From contig CM097882.1 of the NCBI GenBank assembly GCA_044892505.1, positions 543,492,001-543,556,000 of the forward strand: a stretch of 64,000 bases of DNA, in the 5' to 3' direction. Made by a program: the position numbers and the translations under genes. The DNA is from Schmidtea nova (taxonomy: Eukaryota). The notes below the pieces were generated by a model, which saw only the letters and a list, made by a program, of their open reading frames with translations, searched no databases and was not told the origin of the DNA. Shown one piece after another: positions 37,571-49,460 of this stretch; the first letter of the stretch is position 1, and the number at the start of each line of letters is the position of its first letter.

Positions 37571-39068
37571 ATATATATAACAAAAAATGTATGTTCATTA
37601 TAATACATGTAAATTATAATTACATTAACTATTAAATAAAACAAATAAAACAGTAAAGTTTACTAAGAAGTTATATTTTCTATTGCTTGAAGTTTGTTTT
37701 TAAATGAATCTTTAAAGGTACAAGTATAAATAAGTTTGCATTTGGCCTGAATTCATTTGAATTTGACTTTTTGTAATAAAAATAAAAAAAGATTTTTTTA
37801 AAAAGATCTCCTATCTTATATTAGCGGTTCACGAGCCGCATTTCAACCTTTCGAGGGCCACACTTTGGGAGCCCTTGATTTAGACATTGACTAGTGAATA
37901 ATTGGAAGTTTCTGAGACAAATTTATAACATTTTTTCTAATATGAATAGGTAGGAAAGCGAGACGAATATTAATTTTACAAATGACGATTTTAAAAGCTT
38001 GATTGATAATTATATATATATATATATATCAGCAGATAAACTATTATCATAGCTTTTGAACTGTCATCAGTGAAGATTTTATTTACTATGATTCAGGATA
38101 TCGTTGATTTAATTATTTTTTGTTGAGTAGGTAATTCTTAAGTTAGTAGACATAAGGTTAAAATAAAACTTTAGCTCGGATATAAATTTCTAAGCTTGAT
38201 GAGTAAATATTAAACGCAATAATTTTATTATTTTTACATTTTTACCCAGTAGACTAACAATGGGGAAAATACAGAATTTAATGTTTACCTTTCCATCGTT
38301 AGAGTTTTTAAGAATACTTTGCTTTTTAAAAAAATCTTTCACGGAAATAATCGAAGATAAAAGTAGACCCATCAAGTGTTATCAGGGTTGTCAATAACGT
38401 CGATCGCGTAATGAATTTTAGCCGATCACAAATATTATTTAGTAGGGATGTCAATTAATTTTTATTATTCTATATTTTTATTTACTTACTATATATTTTA
38501 AAGAAATTTTCTTTCGCGCTAAATTTTATAAAAAGTAGATAGCGGATAATTTTTTTTGACAATAATAGATATTACGTAAAAATTAGTTGACACCCTTAGT
38601 GTATATATCTACAACTAGAAATCATCGTAAGAAAATGATACTTAATTGGAACGATAAAATAAACTTTTATTCTTCGACTAATTGTCATCTACATAAGAAA
38701 ACATTAGTAGACCCAATAATAAAGTTGCGATAAATTTTTGAGCTCAGCTTGTTCGAAATGCAATATTTTCAAGCAAATTCGTCATAATTTACTTGTAGTC
38801 TTTCATATATTTTTTCTTTCATAATTTCATTTCCCGTGTCCTGCTTTTGTCGTTAATTTTATGTATAAATAAAAAAGTTTATCAAAACGAACAATTGTTA
38901 ATAGTAAATAATTATCAAATAACAGAATAAGCCTTTTTAAAATTTAAATTATGACTTCGGAATTTGCAATATGATTGCAACTGACAACTTTTTTAATTCA
39001 TTTATTCAAGGTGACTAAAGTGTTAAAAGGCATAAGAAACATTAAGAAAATTCCATTTAAAAATTTAC

Positions 39069-40734
39069 CCGGGAGAAATTGATGCCAAATTGGAAACTGT
39101 TCTGAGCTGATTAGGCATTTCGGTTAATTGCACCGTGTGCCTTCGAACATTCAATTGCAACGCCAGATTTTGATCTATCAAAGACGATTGGTCTTTATTC
39201 AACAAATATTCTTCATCGGAATGTAACACCCATGAATAAAGCTTTGCCATTATCGTGACATCTGAGTTCGAATAAAATTTATTTTTGAAATACGATAAAC
39301 TATTTCTGCGGCAACTGTAAATTTTTTTCCCACAAGAACCTTGAGTTTTATTTAACGTTTCCAAATCCTGTCTCGTGTCTTCTCCAACAGTTGAAAGAAT
39401 ATCGGGAATATTGTTGATCATTTGGAAATCCAAATCATCATTAGAACTATTTACAATACTAGAATGAGTGGCTTCAAGATAAAGAGTAAGTAGTGGATTA
39501 TTAAAAAATCGACAGACTTTATCCTTTAGCAAATGATATGCCGCATAATTCCGATCAAACAACCGATTAAGTACCGAATTTCGAATTTCATCTTCATCAT
39601 ACCCATTCATGTGTAACGCCAGTTGTATGGCACTGTCTAACTTGATTTTACTCGAATGGTACATCTGTTCTCTAATAATATCACAATGTTCCGGATGTTG
39701 TCGGTAAAAGATTTCTTCGAATTTGTTTTCAATTGCCTTTTTATTATAAATCTCCATTAGGGCTCGATATTTATCAACATTGTTGGATGCCTGCATCCAA
39801 GGTGTTGAAATAATCTGTTCAATTCTAAATCGCTTAGCTGGATCAACTTGCAACATTCCTCGTACAAGGTATTCGCATGATGTCGACAAGAAAAATGGAA
39901 ATCTCACCAAGCCCCTCAAAACTTGATTTCTTATATCCCCAAGACTTTCACCGGGAAATGGGAATGATCCACAAACCATAATATACAAAACTACTCCTAA
40001 ACTCCACACATCGGCTAAAGGTCCATCGTATAATTCACCTTTGAACACTTCAGGAGCCGCATACTGTGGACTTCCACAATGAGTAGATAGCAATTTATGC
40101 ATTTCAAAAAAATTACAAAATCCAAAATCAGCTACTTTTATTTGATAGTTTGCGTTGAGCAAAAGATTTTCTGCCTTTAAGTCTCGGTGAACTACACTAG
40201 ATTTGTGGCAATAATTGATAGCACAAACGACTTGCCAAAACAATTCTCTCGCATCTTTTTCAGTAAATGCATGAGCATGGCTGATATGATCAAAAACCTC
40301 ACCTTTCTCCGCGTACTCCATTACCATAAATATTTTACTATCAGTTTCCAATACTTGATACAATTTTACAATATGAGGATGTTCTAATCTTTTCATGGCT
40401 TCGATTTCTCTAGTGACTTTCTCCAAGTTGTTCATTCCCAATAATGATTTGTTCATAATTTTGACTGCAGTTTTTGTTTTAATAACACTATGAGTAGCTA
40501 ATTTGACTACGGCGAAATTGCCTTTACCAATTGTTCGTTCCAATATATATTCAGCTATTCTTGTTGTTCTGGCCTTTGGTTTATTGTTGTCGGATTGTTG
40601 ATCTGAAGATGATTCTACATTAGTCGGAGGTGAGATGGGTTTATCGTAAACTGGACATTTTCTAAAAGCTAGATTTTTCGAGAGGTTGGTTTCTTGGACG
40701 TTTACTAGACGTTGATTTATGTACCGATAACAAT
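39069..40734 (-). CDS. SIK3: SIK3-like Ser/Thr kinase, exon a (whole kinase domain plus UBA)
   Basis: IGKGNFAVVK, HRDLKAENLLL, DFGF, LSTHCGSPQYAAPE (LKB1-type T-loop), UBA-like helix YDRNYAAYHLL-type, RRHTV site. Acceptor cattttag at 40735-40737, donor GG|GTAAAT at 39068; needs an upstream start exon in phase 1. Confidence 0.92.
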
Positions 40735-41269
40735 CTAAAATGAGATTAAATATTAAATAAATCAAAAATAATAAATTGTAAATTTTGAAAAAAGTATCAG
40801 TTAATTAAAAGTGAGTTTCAAATATTAAATTAAACTAGTTATAATGCCCGTTAAATAAGGGTAGGGTTTTTTTAAAATTTTCTAAGTATTAGATACTGTA
40901 AAAAAGTTGACCTTTTAATATAATGTGTATGTTGAATAAATAACGTATATGTCACACCCATTTTCCATACTTTACAACAATAAAATAAAATATTACAATG
41001 AAATTTGCAAAAAGATTTTATTCAGATTTTATTCAGAATTTATTTATTAATAATTAATAAGTATGTTTGTACTTATATATAAATTGTCAGAAAATCTCCG
41101 AAAAAAACTTTAGAAATCTTAACATTTCCTTAATATAGAAATACAAAAAGATCAGAAGTTCATTCAATATAATAATAATAATATTATCTTATATATGTCA
41201 CTTATCTTGCATCACATTTCAATACCAACAATTCTATTAATTTCACCATACTTGACTTTCCATTTAAAT

Positions 41270-41370
41270 GTTTTACGATTTCCCATTCGACATACATTCG
41301 AGATGACTAAAAAATCACAAGGTCAGTCCCTTGAAGTTATTGATTTAGACTTGACAGATGAATATTTATT
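41270..41370 (+). pseudogene. Small Helitron/PIF1 helicase fragment
   Basis: FPIRHTFEMTKKSQGQSLEVIDLDL resembles motif V (FPxRxAFAMTxNKSQG). Confidence 0.65.
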
Positions 41371-42559
41371 GATAAATTGTCAAAGGAGAAAAAGAAATAT
41401 TTAGACTAATTAGTTGTCACTTTCATTGTTTTTCCGGATGATAACTGTTGTTATTTATTTGAAAGGACATAAGCAAACTTTGTATTTGTCAGGGATGTTT
41501 GGGTCATATTGTTTTGTATTTAACAACTTTAACATTTACTTACTGGCGAAGAATAAGATCAGAAACCACTGCTTAAAGTAGTATTTCTTTTGTGAGAAAA
41601 GTAAATAGGAAGGTTCATTGTAATTCCAAACAAAATCAATAAATATTTTATCTATTCTCATTGTCAATTTCTTTTATCTTCATTTCTTTTCGTACTATAA
41701 ATTGATCTATAATTTTTAAAGAAATAAAATAATAGTTAGGGTGAAAGATCATTTAGCTATGACTATAATAAAATTGACGGGTACTAAATTTAATTAACAA
41801 GAATCCTTTTATAGAAAATTGAAATTAAAATTAATTAAATAAAAATTATCCTCTATATCGAAGTTCAAGTAAGAAAAGAAATGAAAAAGGATTAATTTAA
41901 AAAGATCGGGAAAGATATCAAAACCAGATAAGACTTAAAGGGATACATGAAAATATTCAGTTTATATCAAAATATTCGGAATTTCATATATATCCATTTC
42001 TACCAAAAGCGACAAAATGACTGGTTCTCAGATAAGCATTATATATTTTACAGTTAATCACAAGTAATAGACAATTTAGACTGGGCAATAAAACATAAAA
42101 TATCTTTTATGCAATAATTATAAAACATTTATTTAAAGTTCTAAAAAGCGGTCATTTGACTGCTTTGGTATACTTAGTGTTAAATGGCTGATATAAAGAT
42201 AAAATATGTTTTAATAAATCAAAAAATGTATCTATTTCATCAAAATAATACTTGTTTTATTAAAATTTTTAAATAGTCTGTAAAGAACACACTGGACACT
42301 CTTCTATTAGCTTTCCACATTTTTATTAAACCCGTTTAATAATATTGTTGTTTATTCGCCTCTAGCTTTTATAGATACAATTTAAATGTATAACATAAAA
42401 TCTACAATCATATGTTATAAAAAATTTAATAAAAACAAAATAAAAATAATAAAAATATAATTTCATGAGATATGTCCTTCGGCAGTCGTTTGTTGAAAAT
42501 ATTTAGAAGCAAATGGCCGACACTGTAAAACGTAAAAGAAAAAAAAGAACATAACAATT

Positions 42560-42735
42560 TTTTAAGTATGCGATATTTCGGCACAGCCTTTATCTTGTAC
42601 ACTTGATAAAGGCTGTGCCGAAATACCGGATACCTAAAAAATATTTTGGTCTAATCTTACAAAAATTAATGTGAAAATTATTGAATTAAAAAAAAGATCA
42701 ATGGTGAAACCAAAAAATAATTTATGATAAAAAAG
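42560..42735. mobile_element. Same palindromic repeat family, copy G; perfect 20-bp inverted hammerhead-like cores
   Basis: atttcggcacagcctttatc-ttgtacactt-gataaaggctgtgccgaaat at 42575-42624. Confidence 0.75.
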
Positions 42736-42879
42736 AACAATAAAAGAAAAAGGAAAATAAAGATGATTCGCACTACTAAAAATTAAAAAATAAATAAATA
42801 AAAATTGTAAGAAAATTAATGAAATTTTAAGTATGTGATTATTATTATCGTTATGTGGCAAAATAAATTGTAATGAATC

Positions 42880-44240
42880 AAAGTCAATTTATTTCATAAT
42901 ATTAAAACAAATTGAATTCCATTACATCTCTCTTAAACTCTTCAGAATCGTATGCTCAAAGACACTCGATTTCCCAACAGTTTTTACCATAAGAGGTTTG
43001 TATTCGTTCACTATATCTGAAAATTAAATCAAAAACACGATTTATTCCTCGTCCCGTCGTCAAACTATTTAGGCAATTGCTATTATAAATTTATGACTTC
43101 TCTATACAATTCCGTTACCAGGTGGGCGATTCCCTGCTCTTTACATTAGTTTATTTTATCATTCCTCCACTAACTTAACCATTTCGGAATATTTATATAT
43201 CACGTAAAATTATCCAATATAACTTCACTTGGATATGAAGTTTCATAAAATGTGTCATTTAAAATTTCAATAATAACTTTTGAACTTTCACTCTTTATTT
43301 ACCATCAAACCATTATTCTTGAAGATCCCCAATCAATCTATGTTAAATATTCTCGCCGTAGTATTCAGTGACATCAATAGCAACACAATTCAAAATTTCT
43401 TCAAGAAGCCATTGGATCGGATGTGGATCAATTGAATTGTATCGGTCGCATGTCCTAATAATACCACCTACAAATTCAGATACATTTGAAAAACCTGCAT
43501 TTTCAGTCAAAAACATTTCTCTCTCTTTAGCTAAATGACATTTATTATGTATTTGCCAAATAGCAGCTCTTGTTGAGTTATTATCAAAAACTGAACACGA
43601 AAAATCGGTGTACATCACTTCACCGAGTTTCAATTGCCTTATTTTTCTATGATTTGAATAGAATCTTTGATATAATACTCCGTCAATAGGTCATTTATTA
43701 ACTAAATACGACGATAAATTAAAAGTTCTGCACTTGCTTTAGTAGGTAACCTTCTGGCGCCTAATAGAGCATTTGACAATCACTGAATGACTGAAACATT
43801 ATCCGTTATTATCTTAACTTCATAAAATCCTCATTAAATAACAATATTGATTCCCTTAACAATTGCTTCTAATTCTTGTGGTATTGGAGTGTGTTTTGGA
43901 AGTCGATGGTAAAATAATTCAAGATGAAGTTTGAATTAGAATGAAGGATGATACACGGCACATCAATTTAGTAGAATTAGAAGTTCTAATTCTACTAAAT
44001 TGATGTGCCGTGTATCATCTTACATTCTAATTCAAACTGCGTCTTGAATTATTTTACCATCGACTTCCAAAACACACTCCAATACCACAAGAACTCGCAT
44101 CACATCATAAAGTCACCGGATTTCTTTATTCTACATTCTAAATGCCACAACAAGGGTCCTCAAATTTCGACCAATACCATCTCGTTTTAACTTGGAGTAA
44201 ATTTGAAACTCTGGATTTTCAAAGAATAGTGATAAAACCT
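42880..44240 (-). pseudogene. Gypsy-like pol remnant (RNase H and integrase) containing an internal foldback inversion
   Basis: CDASSCGIG..LEVDGKII..HINLVELEAIVKG..IITDNVSV..AELLIYRR; SIDPHPIQW..VAIDVTEYYG..GNGIV*RSH. Confidence 0.75.
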
Positions 44241-44608
44241 TGTCCAATATTTTTTACACCCTTTATTCACATTTAGTTTCTATTTTTGTAAACCATTCGT
44301 TATCATTAAGGTTGGTTAATTTGAATCTTGGAATTGTTTCCTGGAATACTTTTAAATTATTCATAAATTTTCAGTTAGCTTGTAATGCCTTATTCACGAA
44401 GTCTATTTATTTCACAATATTAAAACAAATTACATTCTTNNNNNNNNNNNNNNNNNNNNNNNNNNNNNNNNNNNNNNNNNNNNNNNNNNNNNNNNNNNNN
44501 NNNNNNNNNNNNNNNNNNNNNNNNNNNNNNNNNNNNNNNNNNNNNNNNNNNNNNNNNNNNNNNNNNNNNNNNNNNNNNNNNNNNNNNNNGTAGCAGCATT
44601 AAGTATTA

Positions 44609-44720
44609 AATTAATTAATAAGTAACAAAATAAGCCTTTGCTGCAAAAGTAATTTTATTAAGTGAGAAAATTATTTTTGCAGCAAAGGCTTATTTTGTTA
44701 CTTATTTATTAATTAATTTA
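44609..44720. repeat. ~50-bp-arm hairpin; a single arm recurs at ~57160-57225
   Basis: ataagtaacaaaataagcctttgctgcaaaa / ttttgcagcaaaggcttattttgttacttat. Confidence 0.8.
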
Positions 44721-45045
44721 TTAATTTTGTTATGATATATTTATAATAAACAAATTTGACTTAAACTTTAATTGAAAAATTTTTTAAAAAACTCGTTGAC
44801 AAAGGTAAATTTACACAGCTCCACGACGACAAATGGAATAGATTTGGATGATCAGACAACCACGAAGTTGACATCAAGGAGTCAAGAGGAGTACAATTAT
44901 TGTAAAATTTTTAAATCTTTTTTGGGATTGACTATTATAGTCAATCCCAAAAAAGATTTAAAAATTTTATTACAGTGGTATTCGGTTATAGTAAAAAATT
45001 GGTTATAAATAAAAAAACATGGGACGAGAAATAGATATAAAATCC

Positions 45046-45478
45046 GGGAACGGGACATTTCAGTCCCGCCGTTTCAGTCCGACCGATTCAGTCCTGGTCA
45101 AAACAGTCTCATCCGAATCAGTCCCGTCTGCTTCAGTTCCAACCAATGCAAATAAANNNNNNNNNNNNNNNNNNNNNNNNNNNNNNNNNNNNNNNNNNNN
45201 NNNNNNNNNNNNNNNNNNNNNNNNNNNNNNNNNNNNNNNNNNNNNNNNNNNNNNNNNNNNNNNNNNNNNNNNNNNNNNNNNNNNNNNNNNNNNNNNNNNN
45301 NNNNNNNNNNNNNNNNNNNNNNNNNNNNNNNNNNNNNNNNTGAAGGTTGATTTGTTTATTTGACGGAGCGGGACTTAAACGGTCAGTACTGAAACAGTCG
45401 GGACTGATTTGACCAGGACTGAATCGGTGGGACTGAATCGACGGGACTGAAACGGCGGAACTGAATAGTCACGGACCG
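45046..45478. mobile_element. Foldback/MULE-like non-autonomous element; TIRs built of ~15-bp tandem units
   Basis: 9-bp TSD ATAAAATCC at 45037-45045 and 45479-45487; units like gtttcagtcccgcc mirrored by ggcgggactgaaac; centre is a gap. Confidence 0.75.
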
Positions 45479-45551
45479 ATAAAATCCATATAAAAATCAT
45501 TTATAATGAAATCGGTTATTATAAAGTAAATTTTTTCAAAATTAACCAATA

Positions 45552-46970
45552 ATGAAAAGCAAAAGCAAAAGTATTAGCATTGAAAAAAAGATAAATATCA
45601 TTCCGAGGTCGAAAATAACACAAAAAAATTGAAATAGCAAGAAAGTATGGCATTAGCTCCTCTGCAGTTGAGTTAATAATGAAGAATAAATCAAAAGTCG
45701 TATCCTCACAAGTTAAACACAACAAGAAAAGATCGAAAATACGATACTCGTGCTATAAGAACGTAGAAGATGCATTATTTATTTGGTTCAATGAGTAGAG
45801 AAGTCAAAATATTTCGATATCATCAGATCTATTTTCAATGCAAGCTAGGAATATGGCAGTTGCAATGGGAATTAATGATTTCAAGTGTGATCCCAGCTGG
45901 GTTCATAGATTTCGGTCACGTTATAAAATAGTCATTGATGTAGTTTCTGGTGAATCTGCAGATGCTGATACAACTTCTGCTCGTAATTGGTTGTGAAATA
46001 CGTGGCCAATGTGTGGTGCAGGTTATCAAGCAAAGGACATTTTTAACGGAGATCATACGGGGCTTTTTTATAAAATGTTGCCAAATAAAACATTAAAGTT
46101 TAAGGGAGAGAAGTGTTTTGAGGGAAAATTATCGAAAGAGAGACTGACAATTTTTGTATGCGCCAATGCACTAGTTGAAAAGAAAGAACTTGTGATGATT
46201 GGAAAAGCTAAAAATCCAAGATATTTCAAAAATGTGCACATTTTACCAATTAAATATTTTTGCAATAAGAAATCTTGGATGACATCGGAAATCCGGAATC
46301 GTGTTCTTATATATTGGGATTTTGAGCTGGTTAGTAACAACAGGAAAATTCTATTACCTGCAGAAAATTGTTCCGCCCACCTTGATATTCAAGATAAACT
46401 AACCAACATTAAAGTCGTCTGCCTACAGACGAATTTAACGAGTATTCTACAACCAATGGACCAAGGGGTGATTAGGAAATTAAATTTTTTTATAGGAAAT
46501 CCGTGGTGTGCAAACTAATTGATTCCATTGAAAAAGGAGAGGAGTTCAAAATAACTATCAAGGATGCACTTTTAAATATTAACAAGGCTTGGAGATCATT
46601 ACCAGTGAATATTTTTAGAAGTTGTTTTGATAAAGCTGGAATTGTAATAAACAATATTGATGATGTGGCAAATGAAAATGAGATGCTACAATCTGAGGAA
46701 ATTGATCCCAAACTTGTTGATTTCTTTCATTTAGATAATGATTTATCTTGCCACGGAACATTAAATGATGATGAAATTACCAAGGAGATTGCATTTCAAA
46801 GGGAAGAAGTTTAATATTGTAGTGATTTGGAACAGGAGGAAAATAAAGTAGTGAATGAACAAGAAATTCTAGTGTTTTTGCAAAATATTGAACGATATTT
46901 AATTGTTAATGATGCCTTAAGCTTACTCATTGTTATCTCCTTAGACGTCTTTAAAACATATTTTTAAAGA
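45552..46970 (+). pseudogene. pogo/Tigger (CENP-B HTH plus DDE_1) transposase remnant
   Basis: EIARKYGIS..VEDALFIWF..SWVHRFRSR..IFNGDHTGLFYKMLP..SKERLTIFVCANA..ENCSAH..LQPMDQGVI. Confidence 0.88.
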
Positions 46971-48139
46971 AAATTATTTAATTCAAAGTTGGTCCAGAAA
47001 AGACTAAAGGGTTATCTTAAATAAAATTGAATGGTTATGTAACATTGAATTTAGTTTTTTTATACTCTAATATTTATATAGGATATAATACAAAATATAA
47101 CATTGCGTTATTTTTCAATACATAAGACAACAAACATGACACTAAAATAATTAAAAATAAACGCCAATCCAAATATATATTCTACACAATATATTTCGAG
47201 AACTTAATTCTCCTCATCACGTGCTACTCAATCTTCCATTCAAATATAAATCAAATAAATTGATTTTCCAAAAAATTAATCATAATTTTTAAATAAAATG
47301 AATAATATAAATTTTATTAAATAACCAAAAAATTTAAAACGATAAATTTTTTTTTAATTTTAATAAATTAATCTTAAAAAATTTTATATTCTCTTATAAA
47401 AAATATTTTTCTAAGAATATTTTATAAATATTTTCATATCTATAAACAACAGTATGACTGAAAAAGAAGCCCACAACAATCAATTGGAAATGCTCTAATA
47501 CTCGAGTACAGAAAAGATATGGCATTTCGCCCATGACTATGCTATAGTGAAATTTCATGGTACCAAAAAAATCATTTATATAATTTGTTTTTTATATAAT
47601 TTTGGTTTAATTGTGAGCTTGTTTATTTTGGTCAGTTTTGTAAACGATTTAAAAATGGGTAATTCCAATTAATAATTAATGTAAATTGAAAATTATAATT
47701 GATTTCGACTGCAAGTTCAAATTTTTATGTCTACTACTGTTGCATCACTTGGTAAATTTAATGAAATGACAACTTGTAATAAGTGTAATAGTAGGTAGTT
47801 AATGGCTCCCTAACCCAGTGGCTTTCTAACCCAACCCCCCTAGAAAAAAATGGGTCAACGTAAAAATATTTGATGTAGTATTTTTGTATAAGATTTTGAG
47901 CTCCGAGATTTTTTCTCGGGTAAAAAGGGACTCTGGATTTTTGTACATGGATTTTTGGTGTGGTTATTTTTAATAGGAGTTTTGGTATAGTATTTTTGAA
48001 TAGGATTTTTGGTCTGGGTTTTTTGTATATGATTTTCTACTCCGAGATTTTTCTCGGGCAAAAAGGGACTCTGGTATTTTTGAATTAAAGTATAAATTTT
48101 AATGGTAAATAAAAAACACGTGTAAATTTTTTAAACAAG

Positions 48140-49200
48140 TAAATTATCTTTAAATGATGTACCGTTTCCAAGTCAGGCGGGTGTCTGGAAACGAGTAATC
48201 TCTGAAGGGCAGAAAATGAAAACCAAAATTGTTCAAAAACTTTACAGCAAAGATCCCTATTGTCTCCAGTTTGATGGTTAAAGACTGCAAGGGAAAGAGT
48301 ATCAAGTAATTCTGCTGAAAAATATGACAACCGAAATCAAACTCGGTAATCTTAAATGTGAGAGTGGTTCTGCCGCGGCCATTCACAAGGAACTACATCA
48401 GCTAATTGATGAATACCATGCTTGGGAAAATATTTGCATGATGAACTGCTACACGGCCGCAGTAAATACTGGTCGTTTTCACGGGATAGTAAAGCTCATA
48501 CAGGATGATGTCTTGAGCAAGGGCTATCAGAAGCCACAATATATTGGCTGTCAGCACCATGTACTCGACCTCCTGCTGAAGCATGCCATGAATATTCTTT
48601 TTCAAGAGCCAACGAGCAGACCAGAACTTAACTATTCTTTCATTGACAAATTAACAGAAAACTATGTCTCTCTTCAGGCTAATTATTGCCTCGTTGCGAC
48701 AGATGATGTTAACACAGGCGAGAACCCTGGATGACGAGAAGATTTTAAATTCTTTTATAAACTATGCCAGGCATATCGTCATTACAAAACAACTTCACAT
48801 TAGTCTCGAATCAGCTGGAAGAAACTCCCAAATTTACACCAGGCAAGATGGAACTCACGTGCGATATTTGCTGTTATAGCATTATTTCTGATACCAGAGT
48901 GGTGCACTATCCTCGCTCCAACATGCAACATCATCTGCTACGAATGAGTAAATGATTGGTTCCATTCGCAACACTACAATGAAGCGTCCTTCAATGAACT
49001 GTTTACCTTACTCAACAATCTAAAATGCAAGAAGGCAATTAAGTGTTTAAAGACGTATTTCTAGTTGAGGAGTCAGTAATTAACATTCCCAGATCTAACC
49101 AAATTGCTGAACGTGCTGTGAAATTGATGGAGGAACTTCATGCAAAATCGATAAAAAATGAATTTTTGAAAGTGAAGTTCATAGGAAAAAATATTTTTTA
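48140..49200 (+). pseudogene. hAT-related (hATm-like) DDE transposase remnant
   Basis: CYTAAVNTGRFHG, IGCQHHVLDL, HQARWNSRA and RSNQIAERAVKL; frameshifted. Family name is from memory of the motif set. Confidence 0.6.
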
Positions 49201-49312
49201 AACATTTATTGTACATTTTGTACAGATCACTAACTGTTCTGTATCTTATTTATTAATAAAAGTTGCTTAGTTATTACTATTAATCTTTTGAATAAAGCTA
49301 AAAAACATTAAT

Positions 49313-49460
49313 ATCACTAATTCCATTATGGTAAGACTAAAGATCAAAATTTCTTTAAATATTGTGCACTTAAAGAAATTTTGATCTTACCATTATGGGA
49401 ATTAGTGATATTAATATTAAAAAAAGATCAAAGGTGAAACAAAAAGATAATTATGCTAAA
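49313..49460. mobile_element. Same repeat family, copy H; hairpin whose loop is only the predicted cleavage-site segment
   Basis: tcactaattccattatggtaagactaaagatcaaaatttctttaa-atattgtgcac-ttaaagaaattttgatcttaccattatgggaattagtga. Confidence 0.7.

Noticed and set aside
45046-45478. CRISPR-like appearance of regularly spaced short repeats
   Set aside because: No unique spacers, the arms are inverted and flanked by a TSD, and the context is eukaryotic with no cas genes.
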